Counted from the first letter of the stretch, positions 18,335-27,372 are shown. The stretch: 64,000 nucleotides of DNA from an uncultured Candidatus Bathyarchaeia archaeon (GCA_964556565.1 CAZKWF010000002.1:41499-105498), one strand, 5' to 3'. Notes: generated by a model from the letters alone, not told the origin. A program made the numbers and translations.

Positions 18335-19000
18335 ATGATCGACGAATATAAGCGCAAAGATTTGCACGAGGAGAGCACAGAAAAGAACGTGGAAGCGCCA
18401 ATAAGACGATTGTTCGCCTTCTTATTGGTAGCTCTCGGCATCACAGTCGCTACAATCATCGGTGCTTGGTACCTGTCCCAGCTGCCATTAATGGAGGGAA
18501 GCGCTGGCGAAGGGCACCAAATAATAATCTTCACCATATCTGATCTATACCCGACAGATCACCCTGCCGATGAACATCCAGGAACCTTAGCTGCAAATTT
18601 TTCTCTGACAGACCCAAACGGAATTTCTTCGTGGCTAAGTGACTTCCGAGGTAAGGTGGTTGTCATAGATTTCATGGCTACGTGGTGTGGACCATGCAGG
18701 CAACAGTTGCCCCACCTCAAGGTCATTTGGGAAAAAGAAGATTATAGTGACAAAATTGTTTTGATGTCTATTGATATTGATCCAACAGAATCTGCGGAGA
18801 CACTTAGGTCCTTTGCCCAAGGATTTCCGTATGCAACATGGATTTGGGCTAGGGATACAGCCAACTTAGGGCAGGCTTATCAGGTTGCGGGTATTCCCAA
18901 GACTGTCATAATAGATCAGGACGGCTACATCAGGTTTACACATACGGGTGTAACATATGTCTCAACTTTCATCGAAGAGATTGACCAACTGCTGGGTTAA
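18335..19000 (+). CDS. membrane-anchored thioredoxin-like (TlpA/redoxin) thiol-disulfide oxidoreductase
   Basis: N-terminal TM helix. WCGPC active site in a redoxin fold (VVIDFMATWCGPCRQQLP). Confidence 0.75.
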   Translation: MIDEYKRKDLHEESTEKNVEAPIRRLFAFLLVALGITVATIIGAWYLSQLPLMEGSAGEGHQIIIFTISDLYPTDHPADEHPGTLAANFSLTDPNGISSWLSDFRGKVVVIDFMATWCGPCRQQLPHLKVIWEKEDYSDKIVLMSIDIDPTESAETLRSFAQGFPYATWIWARDTANLGQAYQVAGIPKTVIIDQDGYIRFTHTGVTYVSTFIEEIDQLLG

Positions 19001-19024
19001 GACAGCTGATAATGCATTCTTTTT

Positions 19025-19047
19025 GCGTGCACGTGTGCATGCGCATG
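19025..19047. repeat. 23-nt perfectly alternating purine-pyrimidine tract (GCGTGCACGTGTGCATGCGCATG)
   Basis: Read directly. Lies 25 nt after the redoxin stop, preceded by a T5 run. Related motifs occur at 37764, 42327, 43176, 34632, 24517 and 19903. Confidence 0.6.
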
Positions 19048-19077
19048 GGCGTCAATTTTGTTTGAATATTTGTCGAG

Positions 19078-19752
19078 GTGATATCATTGGCTCTTGATCT
19101 ATCGGGGTTGACACTCATTTTTACTGCTGGAGCCTTGGCACTTCTCTCTCCATGTGGTTTCCCGATGCTTCCGGGTTACATATCATACTACATCGGAGCA
19201 AAGGCTTCCTTAGAAAAAGCGGTTTTCGGTGGAGTCGCATGCACATTAGGTCTTCTCACAGTGTTTTCCACAATTGGTGTTGTCGTCTCCACACTTGGCA
19301 GTTTCGTATCCCAGCATATACCATTTCTCGAACTTGTAGCAGGTGTAATTGTGATTTTTATGGGCATCTGCATGATCGTTGAAATTAGGTTTCCAACATT
19401 CTTTACAATATCAAGAGCCCCAAAACAAAGAGGTCTCATAGGCGTTTTCCTTTATGGTGTGGCTTATGGCTTAGCCACATTGGGCTGTTCAGCTCCGATA
19501 TTTTTTTCCATTCTCTTCTATGCAATTGCCGCAGGCGGACTTCTCTACGGTATGATAACGTTCTTCGTTTATGCCATCGGTATGGGACTCCCGATAATCA
19601 TAACTACCATCCTCGTAGCCAAGGCTAAGAAGTTTATGCTTAAAAGAATCGTGAAGATGATGCCGTGGTTCCAAAAGATCAGTGGCATAGTCCTTATCAT
19701 AATAGGAATCTACTTGATCTACTTCTACTACATGTCGTTTTATGCTGTGTGA
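19078..19752 (+). CDS. ccdA: cytochrome c biogenesis/thiol-disulfide transporter CcdA (DsbD-beta family)
   Basis: Six TM helices. Conserved LSPCGFPMLPGY and a second Cys in GCSAPIF. Confidence 0.8.
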   Translation: MISLALDLSGLTLIFTAGALALLSPCGFPMLPGYISYYIGAKASLEKAVFGGVACTLGLLTVFSTIGVVVSTLGSFVSQHIPFLELVAGVIVIFMGICMIVEIRFPTFFTISRAPKQRGLIGVFLYGVAYGLATLGCSAPIFFSILFYAIAAGGLLYGMITFFVYAIGMGLPIIITTILVAKAKKFMLKRIVKMMPWFQKISGIVLIIIGIYLIYFYYMSFYAV

Positions 19753-19826
19753 TTAGGGAATTTTGTCCACTAAACCATCTTCAAGATGGAGAAGAATGAA
19801 CAGACAGTAAATTTCACAACTGGGAT

Positions 19827-19903
19827 TGGCGGGCCCGGCGGGAATTGAACCCACGACCTACGGATTAAGAGTCCGCCGCTCTGCCTTGCTGAGCTACGGG
19901 CCC
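19827..19903 (-). tRNA. tRNA-Lys (anticodon CTT), CCA encoded
   Basis: Manual cloverleaf: acceptor GGGCCCG/CGGGCCC, D GCTC/GAGC, anticodon loop CTCTTAA, T-loop TTCAATT. Confidence 0.9.
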
Positions 19904-19968
19904 ACACATGCATCTTTCTGATTTGTGTATGGTTACCCTAATATCTTTCGTTGCCACAGTAACGTAGA

Positions 19969-20793
19969 TTGACTAGAGAGTTGAACAAATTGGGCGAGCT
20001 TGTCTTTGTTGGTTTGGGTTTGTGTGATGAGAAGGATATTTCGCTTCGTGGGGTTGAGGAGATAAAAGAGGCAGATGCTGTTTTTGCGGAACTTTACACT
20101 AGCCTAATGCCTAGATTGTCTGTTCAGAGACTTGAAAGGCTCGTTGGAAAAAAGGTTTCGATTGTTTCGAGGCGAGTTTTGGAGGAAGAGGAGGGAGGGG
20201 CGATCTTGCGGCAAGCAAAGAGGGGAAAGACGGTTTTTCTGGTTCCTGGGGACCCTCTAATCGCAACGACCCATGTGGACTTGCGAATTCGTGCGGAAGG
20301 GCAGGGAATTAAGACACGTATCATACATGGAGCATCTATTATTTCAGCGGTCATCGGCTTGTCGGGCTTACAGAACTATAAGTATGGAAGAAGTGTGACC
20401 ATACCGTTTCCTGAAAATGGGTTTATTTCTGAAACTCCTTACAGAGTGATCGGTGAAAACAGAGAGATGGGGCTTCACACATTATGTTTCCTTGACATCA
20501 GAGCAGATGAGAAGAGGTGTATGACCGTAAGGGAGGGGTTGGAGACACTTTTGGCTGTAGAAAAGCGAAAGCGAAGTCAAGTGATCACAAAAGAGACGGT
20601 GGTCGTGGGTATTGCAAGAGCAGGTTCAAAGATCCCTATAGTCAAAGCAGGCTATGTAGAAAACATGATAACTTACGACTTTGGCTCTCCGCCTCACACC
20701 CTCGTTTTTCCAGGCAAGCTTCATTTTATGGAGGCAGAAGCACTCATTACGCTCGCGGGGGCACCTGAAGAGATAAGGAAGAGAGTTCAATGA
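19969..20793 (+). CDS. dph5: diphthine synthase
   Basis: LVFVGLGLCDEKDISLRG..ADAVFAELYTS and VPGDPLIATTH are tetrapyrrole-methylase-fold Dph5 motifs. Confidence 0.85.
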   Translation: MTRELNKLGELVFVGLGLCDEKDISLRGVEEIKEADAVFAELYTSLMPRLSVQRLERLVGKKVSIVSRRVLEEEEGGAILRQAKRGKTVFLVPGDPLIATTHVDLRIRAEGQGIKTRIIHGASIISAVIGLSGLQNYKYGRSVTIPFPENGFISETPYRVIGENREMGLHTLCFLDIRADEKRCMTVREGLETLLAVEKRKRSQVITKETVVVGIARAGSKIPIVKAGYVENMITYDFGSPPHTLVFPGKLHFMEAEALITLAGAPEEIRKRVQ

Positions 20794-21059
20794 CGTTAAA
20801 GGAACTGGCGTCAAAATACATTCAGAACAGTGAACGAGTGTTCACTGAAATAAAAATCACACAGGACCCAATACAAGTTGGTGGAGAAAAGGCTCAAAGT
20901 GTCGTTGAAACTGCTAAGCATTATTTAGAAGACGCTAAATATTATCAGAAGAGGAACAGGCTGGAAACAAGCTTGGCGTCGGTTGCCTATTGTGAAGGAT
21001 TACTAGACGCTTTACGGCTCCTAGGAATCGCAGAATTTTCATGGAGAGGAAAGAAATGA
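20790..21059 (+). CDS. DUF357-family protein
   Basis: 89 aa helical protein ending AYCEGLLDALRLLG. This family commonly neighbours archaeal ribL. Overlaps dph5 by 4 nt. Confidence 0.6.
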   Translation: MTLKELASKYIQNSERVFTEIKITQDPIQVGGEKAQSVVETAKHYLEDAKYYQKRNRLETSLASVAYCEGLLDALRLLGIAEFSWRGKK

Positions 21060-21505
21060 AGAAGAAAAAGGTTGTCCTAGCCTCAGGCACCTTCGATCTA
21101 CTACATTATGGACATGTGAAATATCTTGAAGAAGCAAAGAAAATAGGCGGAAAAAACGCGGAGCTAATCGTCATCGTCGCCAGAGATAGTACAGTCAAGA
21201 AAAGGAAGGGAAGAAAAACAGTGATGCCGGAAGATCAACGAAGATCACTCGTTGAAGCGTTGAAAGTGGTAGATGAGGCAATTCTGGGCTGTGAAGATTT
21301 TGACATGATAAAGGTGGTGGAAAAAACGAATCCTGACATAATCGCTGTGGGACATGATCAAAATGACATAGAAAGGGAAGTACGAAAAGCGTTGGCAAAA
21401 AAGGGAATTGCCATTCAAGTTGTGAGAGTTGGAAGGTTTGGAAAGGACGAACTGAATAGTTCTTCAAAAATTAAAAGGAAAATTATCGAGTCGTTTGAAA
21501 AGTAG
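21041..21505 (+). CDS. ribL: FAD synthase (FMN adenylyltransferase), archaeal RibL type
   Basis: Cytidylyltransferase-like motif ASGTFDLLHYGHVKYLEEAK and a C-terminal SSSKIKRKI-type segment. Confidence 0.8.
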   Translation: MERKEMKKKKVVLASGTFDLLHYGHVKYLEEAKKIGGKNAELIVIVARDSTVKKRKGRKTVMPEDQRRSLVEALKVVDEAILGCEDFDMIKVVEKTNPDIIAVGHDQNDIEREVRKALAKKGIAIQVVRVGRFGKDELNSSSKIKRKIIESFEK

Positions 21506-21533
21506 TGGGAGAAGAAAATCATATTTAATTTGG

Positions 21534-22235
21534 TTACGGTAGGATGAGAACTTCTACTTTCACTTTGTGTCCATCTTTCAGTTTCAGTTGGCTACGTAGG
21601 TATGTAGGGGCAATGATTTCTAGCACAGAGGAGTTGTAGTGACTTCGTAATGCGAATATGACTGCACCTTTCGTCTTGTTATTGATTACAACAGGATAAC
21701 ATTTCACATTGCCAAAGGTTCTAGACTCGTCTTTGAACCCTTCAATTTCTATTCCTGGATAAGTCTCAAGTTCCGATCGTGCGTTTGTATCGTATTCACT
21801 GGTAAGTTTGAGGTTAAGGGTTCCAGGGTACGGGTCAAACCCGAGTTTTTCCATGAACTGCTTACGGTATTTGTCCCGTGTCACGTAGTAGGCACCTTCA
21901 CCCAGCCCTGTGAACAACACTCCTTCCAAAGTGACGGATGGAGGGTACGCCGCCTCCATTATTAAACGCAAGTTAGAGTACAGTTTCTTCAGCTCCGTCA
22001 CACCAGCTTCTGTTATTTTGATAAGACATCCTTCCGGGGTAATAGTTCTCTTAATCCACGCTTTCTTGTCCAATTCAATGAGGTTGCGGGAGGCGGTTTG
22101 TTGAGAAACCCCCATTTTCTCCGCTAGATATTCTGTGGAGACTTTTATGGTTCGGCTGCGTGCACCCATCTCCGCCAGCTTGTATAGTGTAAAAAAATGT
22201 TTCCACTCCCGTGCATCAACGTTCAAGGAGCTCAT
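21534..22235 (-). CDS. ribK: CTP-dependent riboflavin kinase fused to an N-terminal wHTH (RbkR-like architecture)
   Basis: N-terminal HTH (YLAEKMGVSQQTASRNLIELD). C-terminal archaeal RibK core (GVLFTGLGEGAYYV...YPGTLNLKL). Confidence 0.8.
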   Translation of the reverse strand: MSSLNVDAREWKHFFTLYKLAEMGARSRTIKVSTEYLAEKMGVSQQTASRNLIELDKKAWIKRTITPEGCLIKITEAGVTELKKLYSNLRLIMEAAYPPSVTLEGVLFTGLGEGAYYVTRDKYRKQFMEKLGFDPYPGTLNLKLTSEYDTNARSELETYPGIEIEGFKDESRTFGNVKCYPVVINNKTKGAVIFALRSHYNSSVLEIIAPTYLRSQLKLKDGHKVKVEVLILP

Positions 22236-22265
22236 TTGAACCGCCTTATTTGAGGAAAGGACAAA

Positions 22266-22606
22266 CTATCTATTTAAAGAACTCGAAGTTTGTGGAAACC
22301 CAACAACACCAAATCTTGAGGTGAGGTATTCATGAATCTGCATGACGTCAAAAACTATCAGAGCTAGTCCTCCTGTAACTCCTGTGAAAAGCTTAGCAAC
22401 TGGTTCATTTACAATAGTGTTGAGTCCAAGGGCTAATAGAATGATTAGGGAAAACTCGACAAGGTGTGCCCAACAGCAAATGCCAGACCGCCCCTAGCCC
22501 CTAATTTAGCGCCGTGAGAGATGGCGGCGAAAAACAGTGGACCTGGAGCTAAGGCTCCGGAAGCAGTGACTAAGACGATGGTTACAATGAGGCTCAGTAT
22601 GTCCAT
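22266..22606 (-). pseudogene. LysE/RhtB-like membrane protein remnant with frameshift
   Basis: MDILSLIVTIVLVTASGALAPGPLFFAAISHGAKLGARGGLAFAVGHTL stops after 53 codons. It continues in another frame as EFSLIILLALGLNTIV... The total is far shorter than intact LysE proteins. Confidence 0.3.
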
Positions 22607-22669
22607 ATGGCTATAGGAGTCGGGTTTATGTAAAAAACTAAGTGTCTAGTGGGTTTGAGTTGCTAACTG

Positions 22670-23332
22670 CTACGGATTATCTTTTGTCAGGTTTAGTTTT
22701 TTCAGTTCTTTCATGATCTGTTCTATTATCTTTTCTGGGGGCGTATCTATGTCGTTGCATGTTACGTTTATGAAAGGCACTCTACTTTCGTAATATCTCA
22801 TCAGAGGTCGGGTTTGTTTCTCAAAAACTTGGAATCTTTCTTTTACGACTGGTATGGTGTCGTCTTTACGTTGGATTAATGGCCCACCGCATCTATTGCA
22901 GATTCCTTCTCTTCTAGGCTTCAAAGTCTTAAGATTGTATATTTCCCCGCAGTTTTTGCAGGTTCTCCTATTCGAAAGCCTTTCGATGATAATTTGTTCA
23001 GGAACTAGTAGGTTGATGATTGCATCAATTTCGACGGTTTTTTCCAGAGCTTTTACCTGTTCAATCGTTCGTGGGAAACCGTCTAGGATGAAACCCTTTT
23101 CGCAGTCTGGCTTGGCGATTCTGTCGCTCACTACTTTTATGACCGTATCATCTGGCACGAGTTGACCACTGTCCAAGTATTTTTGAACTCTTTTGCCTAG
23201 TTCGGTGCCTTGTTTTACAGCTTTGCGGAAAATGTCTCCAGTGGATACTGAGGTTATGTCAAGTTTCGATCTTAGTCTGGAAGCGTATGTGCCCTTACCT
23301 GAGCCTGGCGGTCCAAATATCACAAGCTTCAT
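22670..23332 (-). CDS. adk: adenylate kinase (long form with zinc lid)
   Basis: P-loop GPPGSGKGT. LID CKNCGEIYNL...CNRCGG. GFILDGFPRT. Confidence 0.9.
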   Translation of the reverse strand: MKLVIFGPPGSGKGTYASRLRSKLDITSVSTGDIFRKAVKQGTELGKRVQKYLDSGQLVPDDTVIKVVSDRIAKPDCEKGFILDGFPRTIEQVKALEKTVEIDAIINLLVPEQIIIERLSNRRTCKNCGEIYNLKTLKPRREGICNRCGGPLIQRKDDTIPVVKERFQVFEKQTRPLMRYYESRVPFINVTCNDIDTPPEKIIEQIMKELKKLNLTKDNP

Positions 23333-23463
23333 TTGTCGTGTCCCGCTGTTTAGGAGACAATTTATTTGTGTATATCAACTATTTAATGTTAAGTAAATGC
23401 TTCGCGTGCTCATTAAACATATATAGTTTTGCGCAATCTAAAACACCGGAAAGGTGTGAAACT

Positions 23464-23715
23464 ATGAGCTTTGATCCTTTGGCAACTCCTTGCCTGCTTT
23501 ACTGCGGGTCTTGTCGTTATTACATGACTGGAGAATGCAGAGGCTGCGGTAGTGAAGATAGACCAGACTGCAAGATATTCAAATGCTGTAGAATAGACAA
23601 AAAACTGCGATTCTGCACCAAATGCGACGAGTTTCCCTGTGCAGTATTGAAAAAATCTGTGGGGGTTCATCCAGACTGGTTGGAAGATCAAGCAAAGCTT
23701 TCACTAAAAAAGTAG
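23464..23715 (+). CDS. Cys-rich DUF3795-like protein
   Basis: Start at ATG 23464. Translation: MSFDPLATPCLLYCGSCRYYMTGECRGCGS...CKIFKCC...FCTKCDEFPC. The upstream part of the track ORF overlaps adk and is unlikely to be coding. Confidence 0.55.
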   Translation: MSFDPLATPCLLYCGSCRYYMTGECRGCGSEDRPDCKIFKCCRIDKKLRFCTKCDEFPCAVLKKSVGVHPDWLEDQAKLSLKK

Positions 23716-23847
23716 CAACTATGTGTGCGTAAACAGAAAAATTAGGTTGAACCTGCAGAATAGACTTCCATACATGGTTCGGCCGATTGGTTAAAGTAAC
23801 ACAAGGAGCTGAGTCGTTCATTGCACAATTTTTCAATAGGTTTGACG

Positions 23848-24354
23848 TTATTCTGATGGAAAGCCCATGCTCTTGAAATAGCCATTCAGAACCTTCTGGA
23901 AAGCCGCCTCGTCCTTCACCTTCAGCTCATTGTCGATGTACTCGTCAGCGTTTAGGCTAAATTCAAATTTCTTAGACTCTTTACCTCGCCCCATAAAGCC
24001 GCCTTCTTTGTACACCACTTCAAATTCTATTTTAACCCTCTGCGGACCCAGGGCCTTAGAGATGTCGCCGATGGTACCCCCGATTCCACCTGCCCGCAAC
24101 CCACCTGCACCCCTCCTCGAAACCTTTACTTCAACAGCCTTGACGCTTTCAAACGACGATTCAAATCTTCTATAGTGATAGTCTCCACCGCCCCTTCCCC
24201 TTAAACCCTTCTTGGATGGGAAGCCTCTACTCGAAAAGAAATCAAAGATCTTTTCAGCGATCACGTCATCCTTTGACTGACCGGTCATGGCTCTTTGTGC
24301 AATCTTTTTTCCTTCTTCAAATATTCCCAACCGCTCCATCACCCTACAATCCAT
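23848..24354 (-). CDS. hypothetical Gly/Arg-rich protein
   Basis: 168-aa ORF with an RGRGGGDYHYRR / RRGAGGLRAGGIGGTIGD segment. No family recognised. Lies beside the integrase remnant. Confidence 0.4.
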   Translation of the reverse strand: MDCRVMERLGIFEEGKKIAQRAMTGQSKDDVIAEKIFDFFSSRGFPSKKGLRGRGGGDYHYRRFESSFESVKAVEVKVSRRGAGGLRAGGIGGTIGDISKALGPQRVKIEFEVVYKEGGFMGRGKESKKFEFSLNADEYIDNELKVKDEAAFQKVLNGYFKSMGFPSE

Positions 24355-24417
24355 TATTCATAGAAGATGCCTATAAATACGCCTATAAAAGATGTAAAGA
24401 ACCTAGTCCCATCATTT

Positions 24418-24660
24418 CTACTGTGATTCTCGTTTCCACTCACGATTTTTGGGTTCCCATTTTTTTCGAGGCAGGCTGAACAGTAACTTTTTCCAAGATA
24501 CGTTTTGGAGTGGTTCCTGCATGCATGCAGTTCCGAAATAATGCCTCAGGTCATACAGCCTAATAGTTCTCAGAGTAGGATCCTGAAACTTCAGAGCCAG
24601 TTTATTCCTGTGATTCCTCCACGCATCATACATCTGTTTCCTCATCCATAGCAGAGTATT
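24418..24660 (-). mobile_element. tyrosine recombinase (integrase) C-terminal remnant abutting tRNA-Leu
   Basis: The ORF reads through the tRNA into ...TIRLYDLRHYFGT (box II H-x-x-R motif). The box I region and the catalytic Tyr region are missing. Confidence 0.5.
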
Positions 24661-24699
24661 GATAATCCTACCTGTTTCTCCGTTAGGTGTATCCTGTAG

Positions 24700-24784
24700 T
24701 GCGGGGGGTGGGATTCGAACCCACGAACGCCTACGCGACAGGGACCTGAACCCTGCGCCTTTAACCTGGCTTGGCAACCCCCGC
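24700..24784 (-). tRNA. tRNA-Leu (anticodon CAG), long variable arm
   Basis: Acceptor GCGGGGG/CCCCCGC, anticodon loop TTCAGGT, 14-nt variable arm, T-loop TTCGAAT, discriminator A. Confidence 0.9.
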
Positions 24785-24990
24785 TCAACCAGAACTTTCT
24801 CAATACGACGAATTAACTGTTACTAGACTATTTTTGGCTTATTTCTACTGTTTCTCCAATCAAGCCTTCCAGCGCTTCTTGGATTGCTTCACGCGGGCTA
24901 AACCCTCCTCCCTCCCAGCCACAATACTCACCCTTAAAAGCAGACAACAACACCTATAACCCATCATTTACACTCGAGGAAACCATCAAA

Positions 24991-25806
24991 TTGACCGACT
25001 GGTTAAACACACTCAAAGCATGCTCCAAAAAAATCAGAAAGGAGGTTCTTCCTCTTTTCGGATCAGCTGACGCCGCCATCGGATTCGGCAGGGGCGCAGG
25101 AGGCGACATCATGAAGAAGATTGACTTGTCTGCTGAGAAGGCTCTTATCGACACTCTGCAAGATTCTGGCGCATCATGCACCCTTATCAGCGAGGAATCG
25201 GGAGTCAAAGAAATCGGTTCTCAACCCTCTAACTTCTACGTGACAACTGATCCAGTCGATGGCACAACTAATGCAGTTCGAGGAATCCCCTTCATAGCCA
25301 CTTCTATTGCTGTGTCCAAAGCTCCGTACCTCAAGGACGTAGAAGTAGCACTCGTATCAGACCTAATCCATGATATCACCTATACGGCTAAACGAGGCTA
25401 CGGCGCCTTCAAAAATGAAAACAGAATTCAGGCCCCCTTAACATCCACGCTGGAAAAAGCAGTCATAGGCTTCGACCTTAGCGCCGTCGAGAAAAAAGAG
25501 TTTATCACTTCTTTAATAATGGTACTCGGAAAAACAAAACATCTTCGCCATCTTGGAGCCAACGCTCTTGAACTTTGCTACGTTGCAGACGGCATTACCG
25601 ATGCCTTCATAGACCTACGCGGTAAGCTGCGAGTTACAGATATCGCCGGCGCCTATCTCATCCTCCGCGAAGCAGGAGGTATAATGGTTACATTAGAAGG
25701 AAAAGAACTGAATGCTCCATTGACTACAACTCAACGCGTATCGTTTATCGCAGCCGCGAATACGTTGTTGTATGAAACAATTACGAAACTCTTGCTCCCC
25801 CATTAA
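24991..25806 (+). CDS. suhB: inositol monophosphatase / fructose-1,6-bisphosphatase family protein
   Basis: Motifs DPVDGTTNAVRGIP and VTDIAGAYLILREAGG are characteristic of the IMPase/FBPase family. Confidence 0.8.
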   Translation: MTDWLNTLKACSKKIRKEVLPLFGSADAAIGFGRGAGGDIMKKIDLSAEKALIDTLQDSGASCTLISEESGVKEIGSQPSNFYVTTDPVDGTTNAVRGIPFIATSIAVSKAPYLKDVEVALVSDLIHDITYTAKRGYGAFKNENRIQAPLTSTLEKAVIGFDLSAVEKKEFITSLIMVLGKTKHLRHLGANALELCYVADGITDAFIDLRGKLRVTDIAGAYLILREAGGIMVTLEGKELNAPLTTTQRVSFIAAANTLLYETITKLLLPH

Positions 25807-25870
25807 GCGTACTACATGTATCGGTTTTAACTCAGAGCCACGATATTCATAATGAGGAGCGTCCTACGGT

Positions 25871-26719
25871 TTGATAACGCCTGCAAGCCCGTTTCCAGCC
25901 CTGCTATTACGAAGAGGCTCTGAACGAGTTTTAGCGGTTGCAGATCTCCACATTGGTTGGGAAGTCTCTCTAGCAGAGAGAGGAGTCCACGTTCCATCTC
26001 AAACAGCAAAGATGTTAGATAGAATGCTTCAGCTGATCAAAATATGCAGGCCAACGAGTTTAATCTTTCTGGGTGACGTGAAACACGCGATTGCAAAGGT
26101 TGCAATGGGAGAGTGGCGAGATATCCCAAACTTTTTCGAAACCATCTGCAAAAAAGTGCCGAACATTCAGGTTATCCCGGGAAACCATGATGGAAACCTT
26201 GAACCGCTTCTGCCCAAAACTGTAAGAATCTTGCCCTCTAAGGGTGCTGTCTTCCACAATGTCGGGTTTTTTCATGGACACGCCTGGCCAGCCCCAGAAC
26301 TTTTAGGATGCCGCAACCTCGTTACCGCTCATGTTCATCCAATGGTTGCCTTTCGAGATCCCATGGGCTTCCGAATAACAAGACAAGCATGGGTTAAAGC
26401 CACTTGCAGCTGCGTGAAGCTAGCTGGACCCCTTCTTAAGCACATGCGCATCAAGGTTGACACAGATCCTGTTGCTTTGCTCAAGAAACGCTTTGGTGTA
26501 AAGGTGAAGCCTTCATCAGAGTTGCTTATAATGCCCTCGTTCAACGATTTTCTTGGGGGTCAGACCGTTAACAGAAGGGCTTTGAGGAAAGGCGTGAGGT
26601 CTAGGGCATTCATCGGCCCAGTCTTACGTTCTGGAAGCGTTGATGTTGACAATGCTGAGACCTACCTTCTGGACGGAACTTTTGTAGGGACAGTTGAACA
26701 GTTGAGAAAACTAAGTTAA
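25871..26719 (+). CDS. calcineurin-like metallophosphoesterase (ICC-like, COG1407-type)
   Basis: LAVADLHIG, FLGDVKH, PGNHDG and FHGHAWP are metallophosphoesterase motifs. Confidence 0.7.
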   Translation: MITPASPFPALLLRRGSERVLAVADLHIGWEVSLAERGVHVPSQTAKMLDRMLQLIKICRPTSLIFLGDVKHAIAKVAMGEWRDIPNFFETICKKVPNIQVIPGNHDGNLEPLLPKTVRILPSKGAVFHNVGFFHGHAWPAPELLGCRNLVTAHVHPMVAFRDPMGFRITRQAWVKATCSCVKLAGPLLKHMRIKVDTDPVALLKKRFGVKVKPSSELLIMPSFNDFLGGQTVNRRALRKGVRSRAFIGPVLRSGSVDVDNAETYLLDGTFVGTVEQLRKLS

Positions 26720-26828
26720 GTTGGAGACAAACAACAGGTGTGGCTCGTCCAAAAGGGAGCCAAGCGGAAAATAGGTATATCAACGTGGAGGGATGCTTCT
26801 TCTTGACAGATTTTGAAAGGAATTTTAG

Positions 26829-27041
26829 TTACATTCTTTTGTATAGTTTGTATTCCAATGGTTCTGGTTCGAAATAGTGGCAGCGTGTTGTATTTTTTAC
26901 GTGTTGTTTGAGTTTGATGCAGTAGAAGCCTTTGCACGAAGCAATAGCGTGCCTACAATGGGTGCAATTAGCCGAGTCCCTTTTGGTTAGTTCGAGTTTA
27001 ACTTCTTGGCATATCGAGGTCATACTGATATGCACCACCAT
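26829..27041 (-). CDS. candidate small Cys/His-rich protein
   Basis: 70-aa ORF with CTHCRH..C..FYC...RCH. No family recognised. Sits in an otherwise empty 520-nt gap. Confidence 0.25.
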   Translation of the reverse strand: MVVHISMTSICQEVKLELTKRDSANCTHCRHAIASCKGFYCIKLKQHVKNTTRCHYFEPEPLEYKLYKRM

Positions 27042-27204
27042 ATATTATGTCTTAATATGTAATAAAAGTTTCTTCTATATTACATCTATGAAAGTGGAAT
27101 TCACATTCAGACTCAGATATAGACCAAGGGGAGCTTTTGAGAATGTTAGATAGACGGAGTGGAAAGGGTTTCTGGTTGGTTTTGGGAGAGTTAGACGGAA
27201 AATG

Positions 27205-27211
27205 CTTAAAT
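27205..27211 (+). promoter_or_regulatory. candidate TATA box for tRNA-Met (AATGCTTAAAT context)
   Basis: CTTAAAT lies 29-35 nt upstream of tRNA position 1. The same AATGCTTA core precedes tRNA-Pro at 42501-42514. Confidence 0.3.
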
Positions 27212-27239
27212 CGGAATGAAGTGTGGAATTAATGTTGGA

Positions 27240-27331
27240 GGGCCCGTAGCTCAGCTAGGTTAGAGCGACAGAAATTTTCCTTGTCGAAGCTCATAACCTG
27301 TTGGTCGGGAGTTCAAGTCTCCCCGGGCCCA
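27240..27331 (+). tRNA. tRNA with CAT anticodon (elongator Met or Ile2) containing a 17-nt non-canonical intron
   Basis: Removing 27272-27288 (AAATTTTCCTTGTCGAA) gives a perfect 75-nt cloverleaf. Anticodon stem ACAGG/CCTGT, loop CTCATAA. The intron sits at position 30/31. Confidence 0.85.
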
Positions 27332-27372
27332 CTAGGACGATTTTCGTAGCGTAAAAACTTTGTGACATTCTT

